Shown piece by piece: positions 31,028 through 41,412 of a stretch of DNA of 64,000 nt. Source of the stretch: a bacterium (GTDB taxonomy: Bacteria > Zhuqueibacterota > Zhuqueibacteria > Residuimicrobiales > Krinioviventaceae); assembly GCA_963674595.2 (NCBI GenBank), contig CAXXFV010000016.1, positions 704,001-768,000 of the forward strand. Reading direction: 5' to 3'. Numbering within the stretch: the first letter of the stretch is position 1; every line of letters begins with the position of its first letter. The notes below the pieces were generated by a model that saw nothing but the letters and a program-made list of their open reading frames with translations, did no database searches and had not been told where the DNA came from. Both the position numbers and the translations under genes were made by a program.

Positions 31028-31594
31028 TTAGGTGTTTTTACGTTTTATGAAAAGCATTAGAAATCCAAATAAAAGTAGTATATAGAACGTAATGGTTAGT
31101 GCACTTTTTACAATTGAAAACAGGCTCGAAATTTGGACCACCAAGGGATTGATGTTTGGCCAGGATCTCAACATCAGGATAATACCGACATTCTCAAAAT
31201 AGTCAAAAAGACCGGCTAACCCTGGAATGAGTGCAAGTAAAAATATTTTTGATTTACTATCAAACCTTTTTCCAAAAAGCCAAACCAGCATTAATGTATA
31301 GGTTACAGCAAAAAGACCCGGGTAGATGAAATCAATCGGCAATTGACGTGTTAAATAGACTTTTCTTCCGACTGGTCCGATTGATTTGAGCAACTCTTTT
31401 GCGTATATAGAATCGTACCCACCCGGAGACATATCAAAAAGTTTCATTTCAGGCGCCTGTGCCGTTACTTTTGGAATTGAATAAAATATGATTATCAAAT
31501 ATACAGCAATCGTTATGATAAACAATAATAATAAAAGTCGCCCCGTCGCGTATTTTTGGAGTTTTTTAATGAAAATATCACTTTGGTTTACCAT
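31028..31594 (-). CDS. Hypothetical membrane protein
   Basis: Four hydrophobic segments, motifs IDFIYP and FDYFEN, and RBS aaggag. Confidence 0.75.
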   Translation of the reverse strand: MVNQSDIFIKKLQKYATGRLLLLLFIITIAVYLIIIFYSIPKVTAQAPEMKLFDMSPGGYDSIYAKELLKSIGPVGRKVYLTRQLPIDFIYPGLFAVTYTLMLVWLFGKRFDSKSKIFLLALIPGLAGLFDYFENVGIILMLRSWPNINPLVVQISSLFSIVKSALTITFYILLLFGFLMLFIKRKNT

Positions 31595-31708
31595 GTTTTT
31601 AATGGCTCCTTGTGGATTTTTTTCGATATTGCGTTGAAATTGACTGATTGCCCAAGAGTTCGTGCTTGAGATGTTTTAATATAAGGGCTGGACCCAGCGA
31701 TGTCAACT

Positions 31709-32272
31709 TTATTGTAAGATTTTGTATTTTTCTGACCGTTTTTTTATCGCTTTTAACCAAATTCTTCTTATTAATGCACTTCCCGGGTATACAATCATCC
31801 AGTATATGGCAAATTTTCTTTTCGCTTTTTTATCGCTCATATAGATTCTGGTTTCAGTGCTTACCAGTACATTATCTTTACGTTCTGCTAAGAAGAAATT
31901 TGTTACTACCTTTCCTGATTCACTTTCATTAAAATTTTTGAAATCAACTTCCGAATTAATTCTTTTCCTTTTTATTCTTCCGAATTGTCCAATAATACCA
32001 AAGACTATTTCCTGATCAGTTGTTTCAAGTATTTTGAATCCTTTTTTTTCCAGTTGACTTAACAGGGGAGTATCAGGACGAAAACCGATATAGTCCCTTC
32101 CCAGTATTCTGGGCGGAAGGGAACGAATAAAGAACAATAAATTGAATAAAAATGAGATTTCATTTGGAGCAAGATCTATAATGGTTTTTAAAATTTGATC
32201 TTTGGTTGCATTGACTTTGATTGTATGCTTTTCTGAGAAATGAAATTCAGGTATATATTCGTTAATAAGCAT
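31709..32272 (-). CDS. Hypothetical protein (DUF2867-like)
   Basis: FHFSEKHTI, STETRI and KFAIYW..V.PGSALIRRIWLKAIK. The start could instead be 32332. Confidence 0.6.
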   Translation of the reverse strand: MLINEYIPEFHFSEKHTIKVNATKDQILKTIIDLAPNEISFLFNLLFFIRSLPPRILGRDYIGFRPDTPLLSQLEKKGFKILETTDQEIVFGIIGQFGRIKRKRINSEVDFKNFNESESGKVVTNFFLAERKDNVLVSTETRIYMSDKKAKRKFAIYWMIVYPGSALIRRIWLKAIKKRSEKYKILQ

Positions 32273-32381
32273 TTTATTATTTCGATTGTATAATTTTAAA
32301 AAAAATAGACCCTTTTTTACTCTTCCATACATTCTCGGATTTCAACCTCTGGGTATTCAATAATATATAGCTATTAAACTA

Positions 32382-32504
32382 TTGTGCAAGTGAAAAAACA
32401 GATATTTGTGTTTTTACTGGTTGAACTGCATTTAATCAAATAATTAGTTTTTGTTGAATTATTGGGAGACGATAATACTTGGTTGACTATGCCTTGATTG
32501 CAAT
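32382..32504 (-). repeat. Degenerate copy of the dispersed intergenic repeat
   Basis: ttgtgcaagtgaaaaaacagatatttgtg, plus aattattgggagacgataatacttggttgactatgccttgattg resembling the second block. Confidence 0.6.
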
Positions 32505-32655
32505 CCGAGGATGAGCAGAGAGTCTTTAAATAACACCTGTGTAAACGGCGGGAAATTTTAACACACTTTAATTACTTGTTGATAGTAATAAAGTCCGAAA
32601 CTTTTAATGATGCAGCAACCATTGCTATTGGGTGATGCTGATGGTAGACCATACA

Positions 32656-33582
32656 TCAGTCAAACCGATTGATCTCAAATTTGAAAACATCGGATCTTGA
32701 ATAATGACCTGCCGCGTCAAACATCCTTTTGCACATCGTGACAAGAGTGAGGTCAATTTCAGCATAGAGAATTTCCTCTTTCATTTCAACAGGACCCGCA
32801 ATGACCTCGCCGGTGGGACTGACGATGCAACTGTTCCCGGAATTGATCCACTCCCTGCCTTTCGGATAGTTCTGCTTAAATCCATAGCTATCCGGAACAT
32901 CCTGCATTCTCAAAGCCAAACAGCAACTAATGACATACATACCACCTTCTCTGGCAATATGTCTCAGGCTCAATTGCCAATTTTCACTTTTGTCCCAGGT
33001 TGGGGCTGCCAGAATCTGTGTGCCGCCCATATACATGGCATTACGGGCAAGCGGCATATAATTTTCCCAGCAAATGAGGCCGCCCAGTTTTGCAAATGAT
33101 GTGTTAAATACCTGTAAAGTAGTGCCGTCGCCTTGTGCCCAAATGAGGCGTTCACCGCCTGTGGGAATTAATTTACGGTGTTTGCCCATGATATTGCCGT
33201 TTGAATCAATGAACAGCAGTGTGTTAAAAAGGCTGGCGTTGCTCGCTTCTGCATTGCGTTCATTTACTCCCATTACAACATGAATTTTCGCCTTATTCGC
33301 TGCCTTGCACAGTTTGTCAGTTGATTCATCAGGAATTGTTACAGCATTCTGAACCAGTTCTGCATACAGTTCATTTAATATAGCGCCGTTGCTGTTGGGT
33401 ACATTCCAAACCCAGTCCGGATAACCCGATATAAACGCTTCAGGAAACACTATTAGTTTGGCACCTTTTCTCCCAGCCTCTGCGATTAAGCTGCACGCTT
33501 TTTCAACAGTCTTTTCTTTGTTTAAATATATTGGGGCCGCTTGAGCAGCGCCGACTTTGAAAGGATTTCGTGTTAACGCCAC
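32656..33582 (-). CDS. Nitrilase (carbon-nitrogen hydrolase)
   Basis: Catalytic triad in FPEAF, HRKLIPT and ICWENYMP; DAAGHYSR. GTG 33582 follows GAGGAGG. Confidence 0.9.
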   Translation of the reverse strand: MALTRNPFKVGAAQAAPIYLNKEKTVEKACSLIAEAGRKGAKLIVFPEAFISGYPDWVWNVPNSNGAILNELYAELVQNAVTIPDESTDKLCKAANKAKIHVVMGVNERNAEASNASLFNTLLFIDSNGNIMGKHRKLIPTGGERLIWAQGDGTTLQVFNTSFAKLGGLICWENYMPLARNAMYMGGTQILAAPTWDKSENWQLSLRHIAREGGMYVISCCLALRMQDVPDSYGFKQNYPKGREWINSGNSCIVSPTGEVIAGPVEMKEEILYAEIDLTLVTMCKRMFDAAGHYSRSDVFKFEINRFD

Positions 33583-33904
33583 ATTCACCTCCTCAAGTGA
33601 TAATTGAACAAAACGTGTAATTGTCACTCACCTTGAGGTCCCAATCTCCGGAAGCTAAAATTATAATATATATAACCCAACTTTTGTATTAAATATTCAA
33701 TGTGCAAATTTTTTCAGGTTGAATTCCTCTTGTTGTAATTTTATGTTTTTGATGGATGTTACTGTTTTTTGAGAAATTTATGAAATCAGTGTTGAATTTC
33801 AAGCTGTTTAGGTATGTTTAATGGCGGGTAATGTTACCAGCTATGCGATTCATCGCAAAAAAAGCAGTGGAGTAATATGAACGTTTGGCCCGGCGATGTC
33901 GACT

Positions 33905-34981
33905 TTATTTGTAATTTAATGGTAATGTGTCTGCTATACGCAGATCTCTCCAATATCCATTTATTTTAAAAGCATCATTATATGGATTGCCCAAAGTATC
34001 AACAAGCGCTTCATCGGTTTTCATTTTAATAAAGGATAATTCAGAATACCAAAGATTTTTTGGTCTTTTCTTTGTTGGATGTTTTTTTTGCGGGAAATAT
34101 TTTGATTCTATTACTAAAATATCGTTGAAATGTATTTTTTTTATACCATTCAAATTCGTATCAGTAACCAATTCGTTACTATATTTATTAATTTCGCCTG
34201 GTTCTATTCCAAAACGATTATTTACCGACACAATTCCTTTGTAAATGTGAAATTGTTCTTTATCTATTTTATTACGAGCTAACGCAGACAAAAAATGTTT
34301 GAATGAACCTTGATATGTTTTATATCTCTGTTTTTCCCACTTTTCCATTTCTTTTGGATTTTTGGGCTGCATTTCTTTAAAAAAGAGAATGGTGTTATAT
34401 TTAACATAATCCTGCAAAATGAAATTTTCTAATATTATTTCAATGTGATATCCCAGTGCTCTATTTTCTACATGAATGAGACTATCTGAAGAAGCAATTA
34501 ATGCACCCGTATCATTCTCTTTAGTGAAATTAATTACTTCAGGATTTAGAATTTTACACTTGGCTGCATTTGTCGTTTCACCCAAAAATTCTCTGGTAAA
34601 AGTTTGTAATCTCTTCTTCCATTCTTTTGGTATATCTCCGGTAACCTGGACCATTTCGCCTTTAATTATGGCAGGTTGGAGTTCGATCAAAATATTGTTA
34701 TTGTGATTTGATTTTGAAACATCAATAGATAATTTTTTTAACTCATAGCCAATATGTTGAATTATTAAATCATATCTTCCCGCTGGAATATTATTTATAA
34801 TGAAATTACCCTCAGATGTTGTAGTGCTCCCCAATGTTGTATTTGAAAGAAAAACGTTAACAAAAAAAATGGGTTCTTTTGTTTGGGCGTCAATGACTTG
34901 TCCATTAACCGAATAATGCGATATTGAATAAGCACGAGCTGAAACCAACAATATGAATATTAGAAAAATTTTATTTTTCAA
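33905..34981 (-). CDS. Secreted protein with a carboxypeptidase-regulatory-like (CarboxypepD_reg) domain
   Basis: VNGQVIDAQTKEPIFFVNVFL...GSTT...GNF...HIGYE. TTG 34981 follows AGGAGG. Confidence 0.75.
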   Translation of the reverse strand: MKNKIFLIFILLVSARAYSISHYSVNGQVIDAQTKEPIFFVNVFLSNTTLGSTTTSEGNFIINNIPAGRYDLIIQHIGYELKKLSIDVSKSNHNNNILIELQPAIIKGEMVQVTGDIPKEWKKRLQTFTREFLGETTNAAKCKILNPEVINFTKENDTGALIASSDSLIHVENRALGYHIEIILENFILQDYVKYNTILFFKEMQPKNPKEMEKWEKQRYKTYQGSFKHFLSALARNKIDKEQFHIYKGIVSVNNRFGIEPGEINKYSNELVTDTNLNGIKKIHFNDILVIESKYFPQKKHPTKKRPKNLWYSELSFIKMKTDEALVDTLGNPYNDAFKINGYWRDLRIADTLPLNYK

Positions 34982-35134
34982 TTTTATCCTCCTGCTTAAT
35001 TTTTCACCTATTACGGGAGTTTGCTCGTTCACTTAAATGGTTATGCCAACTTAATCAATCCTGTAAATTCCAGGTTTTTCCTGAAAATTAAAATCTCCGG
35101 GCTGTCAAAAATATCGGCCCGGTGCTGAGAAACG

Positions 35135-35551
35135 TTATTCAGACCCGTTATTCATATCGAGTTTTCCGGAAAGGAAATAACTCATGATCATGGTGATAAA
35201 TAAAAATGATGTTTTGAACACGATCCATAAACTGGAAGGATTTCCTGCTAAATAGGCAATGAGACTTACAATGATTAAACCAAAAACCACAGGAAAAGCT
35301 GTAATCAGTATGACACATCTTCTTTCAACAGGATTTTGAACTCCCCAAATGAGAAGTATTGTCCAGCCTGCCATCAATACGCCGCCGATACTCATGGTTA
35401 GTTTATACTGAATATCCGGATTAAATTCCGAGTTGCCGATTAACAGTCCATACAGGGGAGGACATAACAATGCGGCTGCCCATACTGCGTCTGCAACAAT
35501 TCCCAGCCAGTAAGGAAATTTAATTAGAAAGATTATAGTCTTTTTATTCAT
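35135..35551 (-). CDS. Hypothetical membrane protein
   Basis: Four hydrophobic helices and the motif LMAGWTILLIWG...PVERR. Confidence 0.7.
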   Translation of the reverse strand: MNKKTIIFLIKFPYWLGIVADAVWAAALLCPPLYGLLIGNSEFNPDIQYKLTMSIGGVLMAGWTILLIWGVQNPVERRCVILITAFPVVFGLIIVSLIAYLAGNPSSLWIVFKTSFLFITMIMSYFLSGKLDMNNGSE

Positions 35552-35637
35552 TTTAACTATTTCCTTTATCTAACATGGTTACATAAAATTAGGAAAATTG
35601 GATTAATTTACGGGAACCCTGTTTTTCAATTCTCCTG

Positions 35638-36594
<957 letters not shown>

Positions 36595-36636
36595 TGTGCC
36601 GACTCCTTTTTATATAACAGTTAGAGTACATACTAC

Positions 36637-36748
36637 TGACATGAAATATGATACGTTGATGCCTGGAAAGTTTTACACCACCTTATCAAAAATACATAAA
36701 CATGGAACGATTATGCAAGTAGAAAAATAGATATTTGTATTTGTGCTG
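36637..36748 (-). repeat. Copy of the dispersed intergenic repeat with a promoter-like core
   Basis: Plus-strand core gaacgattatgcaagtagaaaaatagatatttgt (36705-36738) matches 38460-38492 and 39657-39689. Similarity to the 39.6-kb copy continues through aaagtttta. Confidence 0.75.
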
Positions 36749-36756
36749 TTTTTTGA

Positions 36757-38103
36757 TCATGCTTTAAATTCTTGTTTATAGAGGTCAAACATTATTTTTG
36801 CGGTACCGGATATGGTTGTTCGGTTATACCCTGAAACAGAGGTTAACAGTGTATCATTCAATGGGCTGGTCCATTTGTCAGGTAACGCATCCGCGCCCAG
36901 GACCATGCCCATGATTGAACCAACGGTTGCACCGTTGCAGTCGGTATCAAAACCGGGCCATACAGATTTTGTAATTGCCTGCTCAAAGTCTCCTTCCGAC
37001 CATAGCAGTGCCATCGTTACAATCTGAGCATTCGAGATTACATGGCACCAGTCATGTGAGTGATATTCATCCCATTGTTGATGAATTCGTTTCACCGCGT
37101 CTTGATAAGTTATGCCCTCGTCGTGCCATGCAAGAACTGATCGTACTTTTTCGCTAAAACGGCTGTTGAATGGAATTTCGTTCAAGCCAATTTCAATAAT
37201 CCTGCAAATATCGTTTTCCACACCGGCCGCGGCTAATGCGGCAGCAACCCACATTTCGCCGTAAATGCCATTTTTAACATGAGAGATACTCGCGTCACGC
37301 CAGGCCAGTTCTGCCGCTAATTCAGGCCGGCCCAGGGCAACATACCCATAAAAATCCGCTCGTATTTGGGCACCAATCCATTCGCGATATGGATTTCGCA
37401 CGACAGCCGAAAGTGGTGGACTGATTTGGTTGGCAAAATTTCGATAAGCCACACGTTCGGCCGTACATGTGCTTAATAATGGAATTTGCGTCATCCAAAA
37501 CTGAGCAACGTCATTTGAAGTAAACTGTATACCTTTTGATTTAACAAGAGCCATACCGGTTATTGTATAATCTGCATCATCATCTCTGGGCATGTGATCA
37601 AACTCTGTGAACATCTGTGCATCCGGTTTGAGTTCGGCTAAAATATCTTTAGTAATCCCTAACCGCCAAAAATAATCTGTTAGCATCTCATGTCCAGCCG
37701 CCTTCACTATCGGCCATAATTGATCCGTACGCCAACCTTCAACCGGTTTTCCCAGTAAGCAGCCGGCACAACGCCCCAGCCAGGCTCCGTGGATTTTATC
37801 CGCAGTAACGTTATCTGTATATTTTTTTGCCGATATTCTGTCTTTTGTTTGAGGCCGTGTATCCCGGATGGCTTGCAAATCAGAAGGTTCCTCAAAAGTA
37901 TAATCATCTCGAATCGGTAATGTTTGTACTGTGTCCAGCAAATTATTCATTTTTTGCTGTAAATCAAGAGTATGCTCAATACCTTCTTTGGAGAGTAAAT
38001 TAAATTCTTGCTCAACAGAAGAAATATCCCGACCTTCCTGGACAGCTTGTAGTTTTTCAATTTCCACATCCTCGGAATTCCACCATAGCCATAAATTTTT
38101 CAT
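36757..38103 (-). CDS. ADP-ribosylglycohydrolase family protein
   Basis: Motifs GAWLGRCAGCLLGKPVEG, DDDADYT, EWIGAQIRAD, SHVKNGIYG and GFDTDCNGAT. Confidence 0.88.
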   Translation of the reverse strand: MKNLWLWWNSEDVEIEKLQAVQEGRDISSVEQEFNLLSKEGIEHTLDLQQKMNNLLDTVQTLPIRDDYTFEEPSDLQAIRDTRPQTKDRISAKKYTDNVTADKIHGAWLGRCAGCLLGKPVEGWRTDQLWPIVKAAGHEMLTDYFWRLGITKDILAELKPDAQMFTEFDHMPRDDDADYTITGMALVKSKGIQFTSNDVAQFWMTQIPLLSTCTAERVAYRNFANQISPPLSAVVRNPYREWIGAQIRADFYGYVALGRPELAAELAWRDASISHVKNGIYGEMWVAAALAAAGVENDICRIIEIGLNEIPFNSRFSEKVRSVLAWHDEGITYQDAVKRIHQQWDEYHSHDWCHVISNAQIVTMALLWSEGDFEQAITKSVWPGFDTDCNGATVGSIMGMVLGADALPDKWTSPLNDTLLTSVSGYNRTTISGTAKIMFDLYKQEFKA

Positions 38104-38459
38104 AATTATTCCCAAGTTGTTCCATATACTGCTTGCGATCTTGAGACGACATCGTTTTATACAACGACTTTTTTAGCCTTAGCAGTGACATTTTTTGAAT
38201 TTTATATTACCTGCCCTCAGTTCTGGAATAAATAGTGTTAAACCATATATTAACACTATGTTTACGGGGCAGTTGATCGCACGGCAAAACGTCTCGGTCA
38301 AACATAAAATATATAAAAACAGTTTTGAATTTTCAAGTTTAAACTGTTTAACCATTTTGGAAAAGATATATCCAATTATTAATAATGCTATACGGTCAAT
38401 AGGCTTTCAAATAGTCTGCTATAATTTGGATTTATCGTTCTTATTAAAAAGCAGCCCCT

Positions 38460-38547
38460 GAACGATTATGCAAGTGAATAATAGATATTTGTGCTATTGC
38501 TGATTTAACAGTGTTTTGAAATATTATTTGGGTTGTGTTTCTGTCAT
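38460..38547 (-). repeat. Copy of the dispersed intergenic repeat
   Basis: gaacgattatgcaagtgaataatagatatttgtgctattgctgattt. Confidence 0.75.
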
Positions 38548-38559
38548 TTATTTATGGAT

Positions 38560-39549
38560 TCACCGCACCGCTTTTTTTATGATTCCAAGCTTCCACGTTA
38601 ACATGGCATAGGAACCCTGATAATCGTTTTTAAGGATTCCCTGAATAAGCCATTCGCAATCGTCTGGTTGATATTCCATTAACTGATTGCAGTCTGACCG
38701 GATAACTTCACCATGAGAAATCATCTCCAACCAGGGTTTGGACTGCCCTGTATATTTGAGCTGGGCACCGGTTGCATAGGTGTCGGTCACTTTATGCCAG
38801 GGTCCGTTCAAGTCGTCAGCAACGGCAATTCCAAATGATCGAATCGTCTCGTTCTTTAATTCATATATCATATGGTATTCCTGGGTATCTTTAACCTTAT
38901 AGATATGAACAGCCTCATGAACACCCTGTAAAGCAATTTCAGGGGCGCTCCAACCGGTTGGAAAATTTTCAATTTCTGTTGTTCTAACAATCACATCCTT
39001 TTGTGATTGTGTATAAAATAGATAAACATTTTTTTTGTCACATATCACCCAAAAATCAATCCATTTTTCCGGACTGTCTTTTTGCAGCAATTGTATCGGG
39101 TTTTGCCAGGTTTCAGGTTGTGAAATTGTCGTTGTTGTTGAAAATGCCGGTTGATAGTTGGCGTCCTTGTTTTGAAAAATGAGATACCATTTATTTTGAG
39201 GCTCAAAAAAGAAAATTTGCGGTGCACAGCCGTATCTGCTTTTTCCGCGAATCGTTTTTAATTCGTGCCTTGGAGCTGTTTGTAAATCCTCCTGTTTTTT
39301 GGCTGATACATATCCTGTTGTATATTCATTCTTGTCCCGGGCCGTATAGAAAACATGCCACATGTTCTCATAAAATACAACAGAGGGATCTTTAACGGCA
39401 ATTTCATCAAATGAACCTTCCGGACCAGGCAACAGAACAGGATCACCAACGAGCCATGTATTCGATTCTGCATGACGGGTACATCCGGTTAATAAAATCG
39501 AACTTAATGAGATAAAAATCATTAAAACTTTTATAGTGATATTTTTCAT
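38560..39549 (-). CDS. GH62-family alpha-L-arabinofuranosidase (lipoprotein)
   Basis: Lipobox LTGC; motifs VKDPSVV, CAPQIFFF...WYLIFQ, IDFWVICD, EAVHIYKV and ISHGEVIR. Confidence 0.82.
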   Translation of the reverse strand: MKNITIKVLMIFISLSSILLTGCTRHAESNTWLVGDPVLLPGPEGSFDEIAVKDPSVVFYENMWHVFYTARDKNEYTTGYVSAKKQEDLQTAPRHELKTIRGKSRYGCAPQIFFFEPQNKWYLIFQNKDANYQPAFSTTTTISQPETWQNPIQLLQKDSPEKWIDFWVICDKKNVYLFYTQSQKDVIVRTTEIENFPTGWSAPEIALQGVHEAVHIYKVKDTQEYHMIYELKNETIRSFGIAVADDLNGPWHKVTDTYATGAQLKYTGQSKPWLEMISHGEVIRSDCNQLMEYQPDDCEWLIQGILKNDYQGSYAMLTWKLGIIKKAVR

Positions 39550-39570
39550 TGAAATTATTTCCTTAAACGG

Positions 39571-39790
39571 CTGATATGAAAGTAATCTATCGGGATATGA
39601 TAGGTAAATAGTAATAGCAAAGTTTTACCACGCTTTATTAAAAATAAATAATCAAGGAACGAATATGCAAGTGAAAAATAAATATTTGTTACATTGCTGA
39701 ATTTTATATTTCATCATATTATCTGGTGTTATCAAATTATTTTGGGGTAGAAATCCCTGTTGATTACTTGTGCTTTAATTGATGATGGTT
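39571..39790 (-). repeat. Longest copy of the dispersed intergenic repeat
   Basis: Contains the core gaacgaatatgcaagtgaaaaataaatatttgt and a second block aaattattttggggtagaaatccctgttgattacttgtgctttaattgatgatggt. Confidence 0.75.
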
Positions 39791-40442
39791 TATAATCGTA
39801 AAGGCCAAGTCTTTGTTCTTATGTGTGCAAAAATCGGAACCTCTGGACGATCAAAAATAACTATTAATTAGATTTTAACTGTTCTTTGAGTACAAGTCCA
39901 TATCCTTTTCGCCACTCTTTATCAATCAATATAAAATTTTCAAAATTTCCAGTTTCAATTTCTTTCCATTCAATATGCTCTAAAACAATAATTTGAAAAT
40001 CTTGCTTCAATTCATTTTTAAAAAAATTAATATGGTTATCAAGTGTTTGTAAAGCCTTGAAAAATGTTTTTCTTTAATAACTATCTTTGTCATTAGTCTC
40101 ATAGTATGGACTATCTGGTTGATCTAAGATTAGAAAAGGGGGAATATAGGGAATTTCTTTTTTAGCAAATAATCTATGGATAGCAGCAAAAAATGCTAAA
40201 TGTAAAAAAAGGTGATTCGACGAACTTCCAATATTTCTAACAGTATTATCTCTATATATCACTTTTTCATCTATTTTTTTTAAATGGATTAATTTTGTTT
40301 TAAAGTCAAAAATTGGTTTATAGTCCTTATACCCACTTAAGCTAAAATCAACTTCTCTAAAAATTTCTTGCATATATTCACCAAGTGTGTCTAATGTATC
40401 GCTTCTATCAACTTCAGTTATTTCTTTCTTTAATGCTTTAAT

Positions 40443-41412
40443 TGTAAGAAAAGCAAGCGTTGTTTACAAAATATCGGGATAAAAATATTGAATTAGTTTT
40501 TCTTCAGGAGTTAGTCCATCAATGCCTTTATGAGGTCTTACTCCGTTGTAATAATTGACAAATCTTTTTAGCTCATTTTTACGATGGGCTGATGATTTAA
40601 AAACAGTTTTATTATGCCAAAGCTCGACAAGAGTTCGTATAACTCTTTCAGCTTTGCCATTTGTTTGTGGCCTTTTAACTTTGGTAAATTTTTGTTCAAT
40701 ACCATGTTCTTTGCACAACTTCATAAACTTATGATTATTCGGATCACCTCGGTACTCTCGGCCATTATCAGTATAAAATTGTTCTATTGTATATGGACAT
40801 TCATCCACGACTTGCTCCAAAAACTTTTTAGCTGAATATTGGGTTTTATCAGGTAAAATAGCAGCATACAGTTCTCTAGAAAAGTCATCAATGGCCACAA
40901 ACAGGTATTCCGTTCGTTCAAAAGGAGATTCCCCCTTAATTAAGGGAAGTTTTTTAGTGTCACCATGTATCATTTGTCCTGGATAGTCTTTATTATATCG
41001 TTTGGCCTGACGTTTTAGCTTGTCCTCAAGTTTTTTTTCGATTTTAGCCAAACGTTTAATGCCGTATTTTAAACAGCGAAAACGCTTGTTTACACTCTTG
41101 TGAATTGAATAATCTTTTTGTCGGCCATTATGGATTATTTTATAAATTGTAGGTCGACTGACATGAAACTCTCGTGCTAAATCACAAACACGTCTTTTTT
41201 CGGAAAAATATAATGTGCAAACTTTTTCCCGTTGAATCGGCGTTAATCTGGTCTTTTTATGAATTACCATAGGATCTCCTTTTATTAAAAATTAGGAAAT
41301 CCCGAAATTGCAAACAACATTAAATTTGCTTCTCATGAATTGAATCCTATCTCTTTATAAGGAACGGATTCAATTCATGAGAAAACTGTAAACAACTCTA
41401 ATTTAATTTACA
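40443..41412 (-). mobile_element. IS481-family insertion sequence, 970 bp
   Basis: TGT...ACA ends; imperfect 26-bp terminal inverted repeats (TGTAA-N11-GTTGTTTACA); flanking 7-bp direct repeat CTTTAAT at 40436-40442 and 41413-41419. Confidence 0.9.
40464..41270 (-). CDS. IS481-family DDE transposase (rve integrase core)
   Basis: HKKTRLTP helix-turn-helix start; HGDTK, IDDFSR, TDNGREY, PQTNGKAERVIRT and YYN..RPH. Confidence 0.92.
   Translation of the reverse strand: MVIHKKTRLTPIQREKVCTLYFSEKRRVCDLAREFHVSRPTIYKIIHNGRQKDYSIHKSVNKRFRCLKYGIKRLAKIEKKLEDKLKRQAKRYNKDYPGQMIHGDTKKLPLIKGESPFERTEYLFVAIDDFSRELYAAILPDKTQYSAKKFLEQVVDECPYTIEQFYTDNGREYRGDPNNHKFMKLCKEHGIEQKFTKVKRPQTNGKAERVIRTLVELWHNKTVFKSSAHRKNELKRFVNYYNGVRPHKGIDGLTPEEKLIQYFYPDIL

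Noticed and set aside
38195-38461. 88-aa plus-strand ORF, or a cobalamin riboswitch in this spacer
   Set aside because: The ORF has no RBS or recognisable motif. The ctgcccc word is not accompanied by the other B12-element consensus blocks.
36705-39689. CRISPR array, suggested by the ~33-bp repeated core
   Set aside because: The copies are 1-2 kb apart, degenerate and separated by whole genes, and no cas genes are present.
40074-40076. Stop-codon recoding as the explanation for the internal TAA in lmuB
   Set aside because: TAA ends many other genes in the window and this gene is already broken by an IS, so a nonsense mutation or sequencing error is the simpler explanation.
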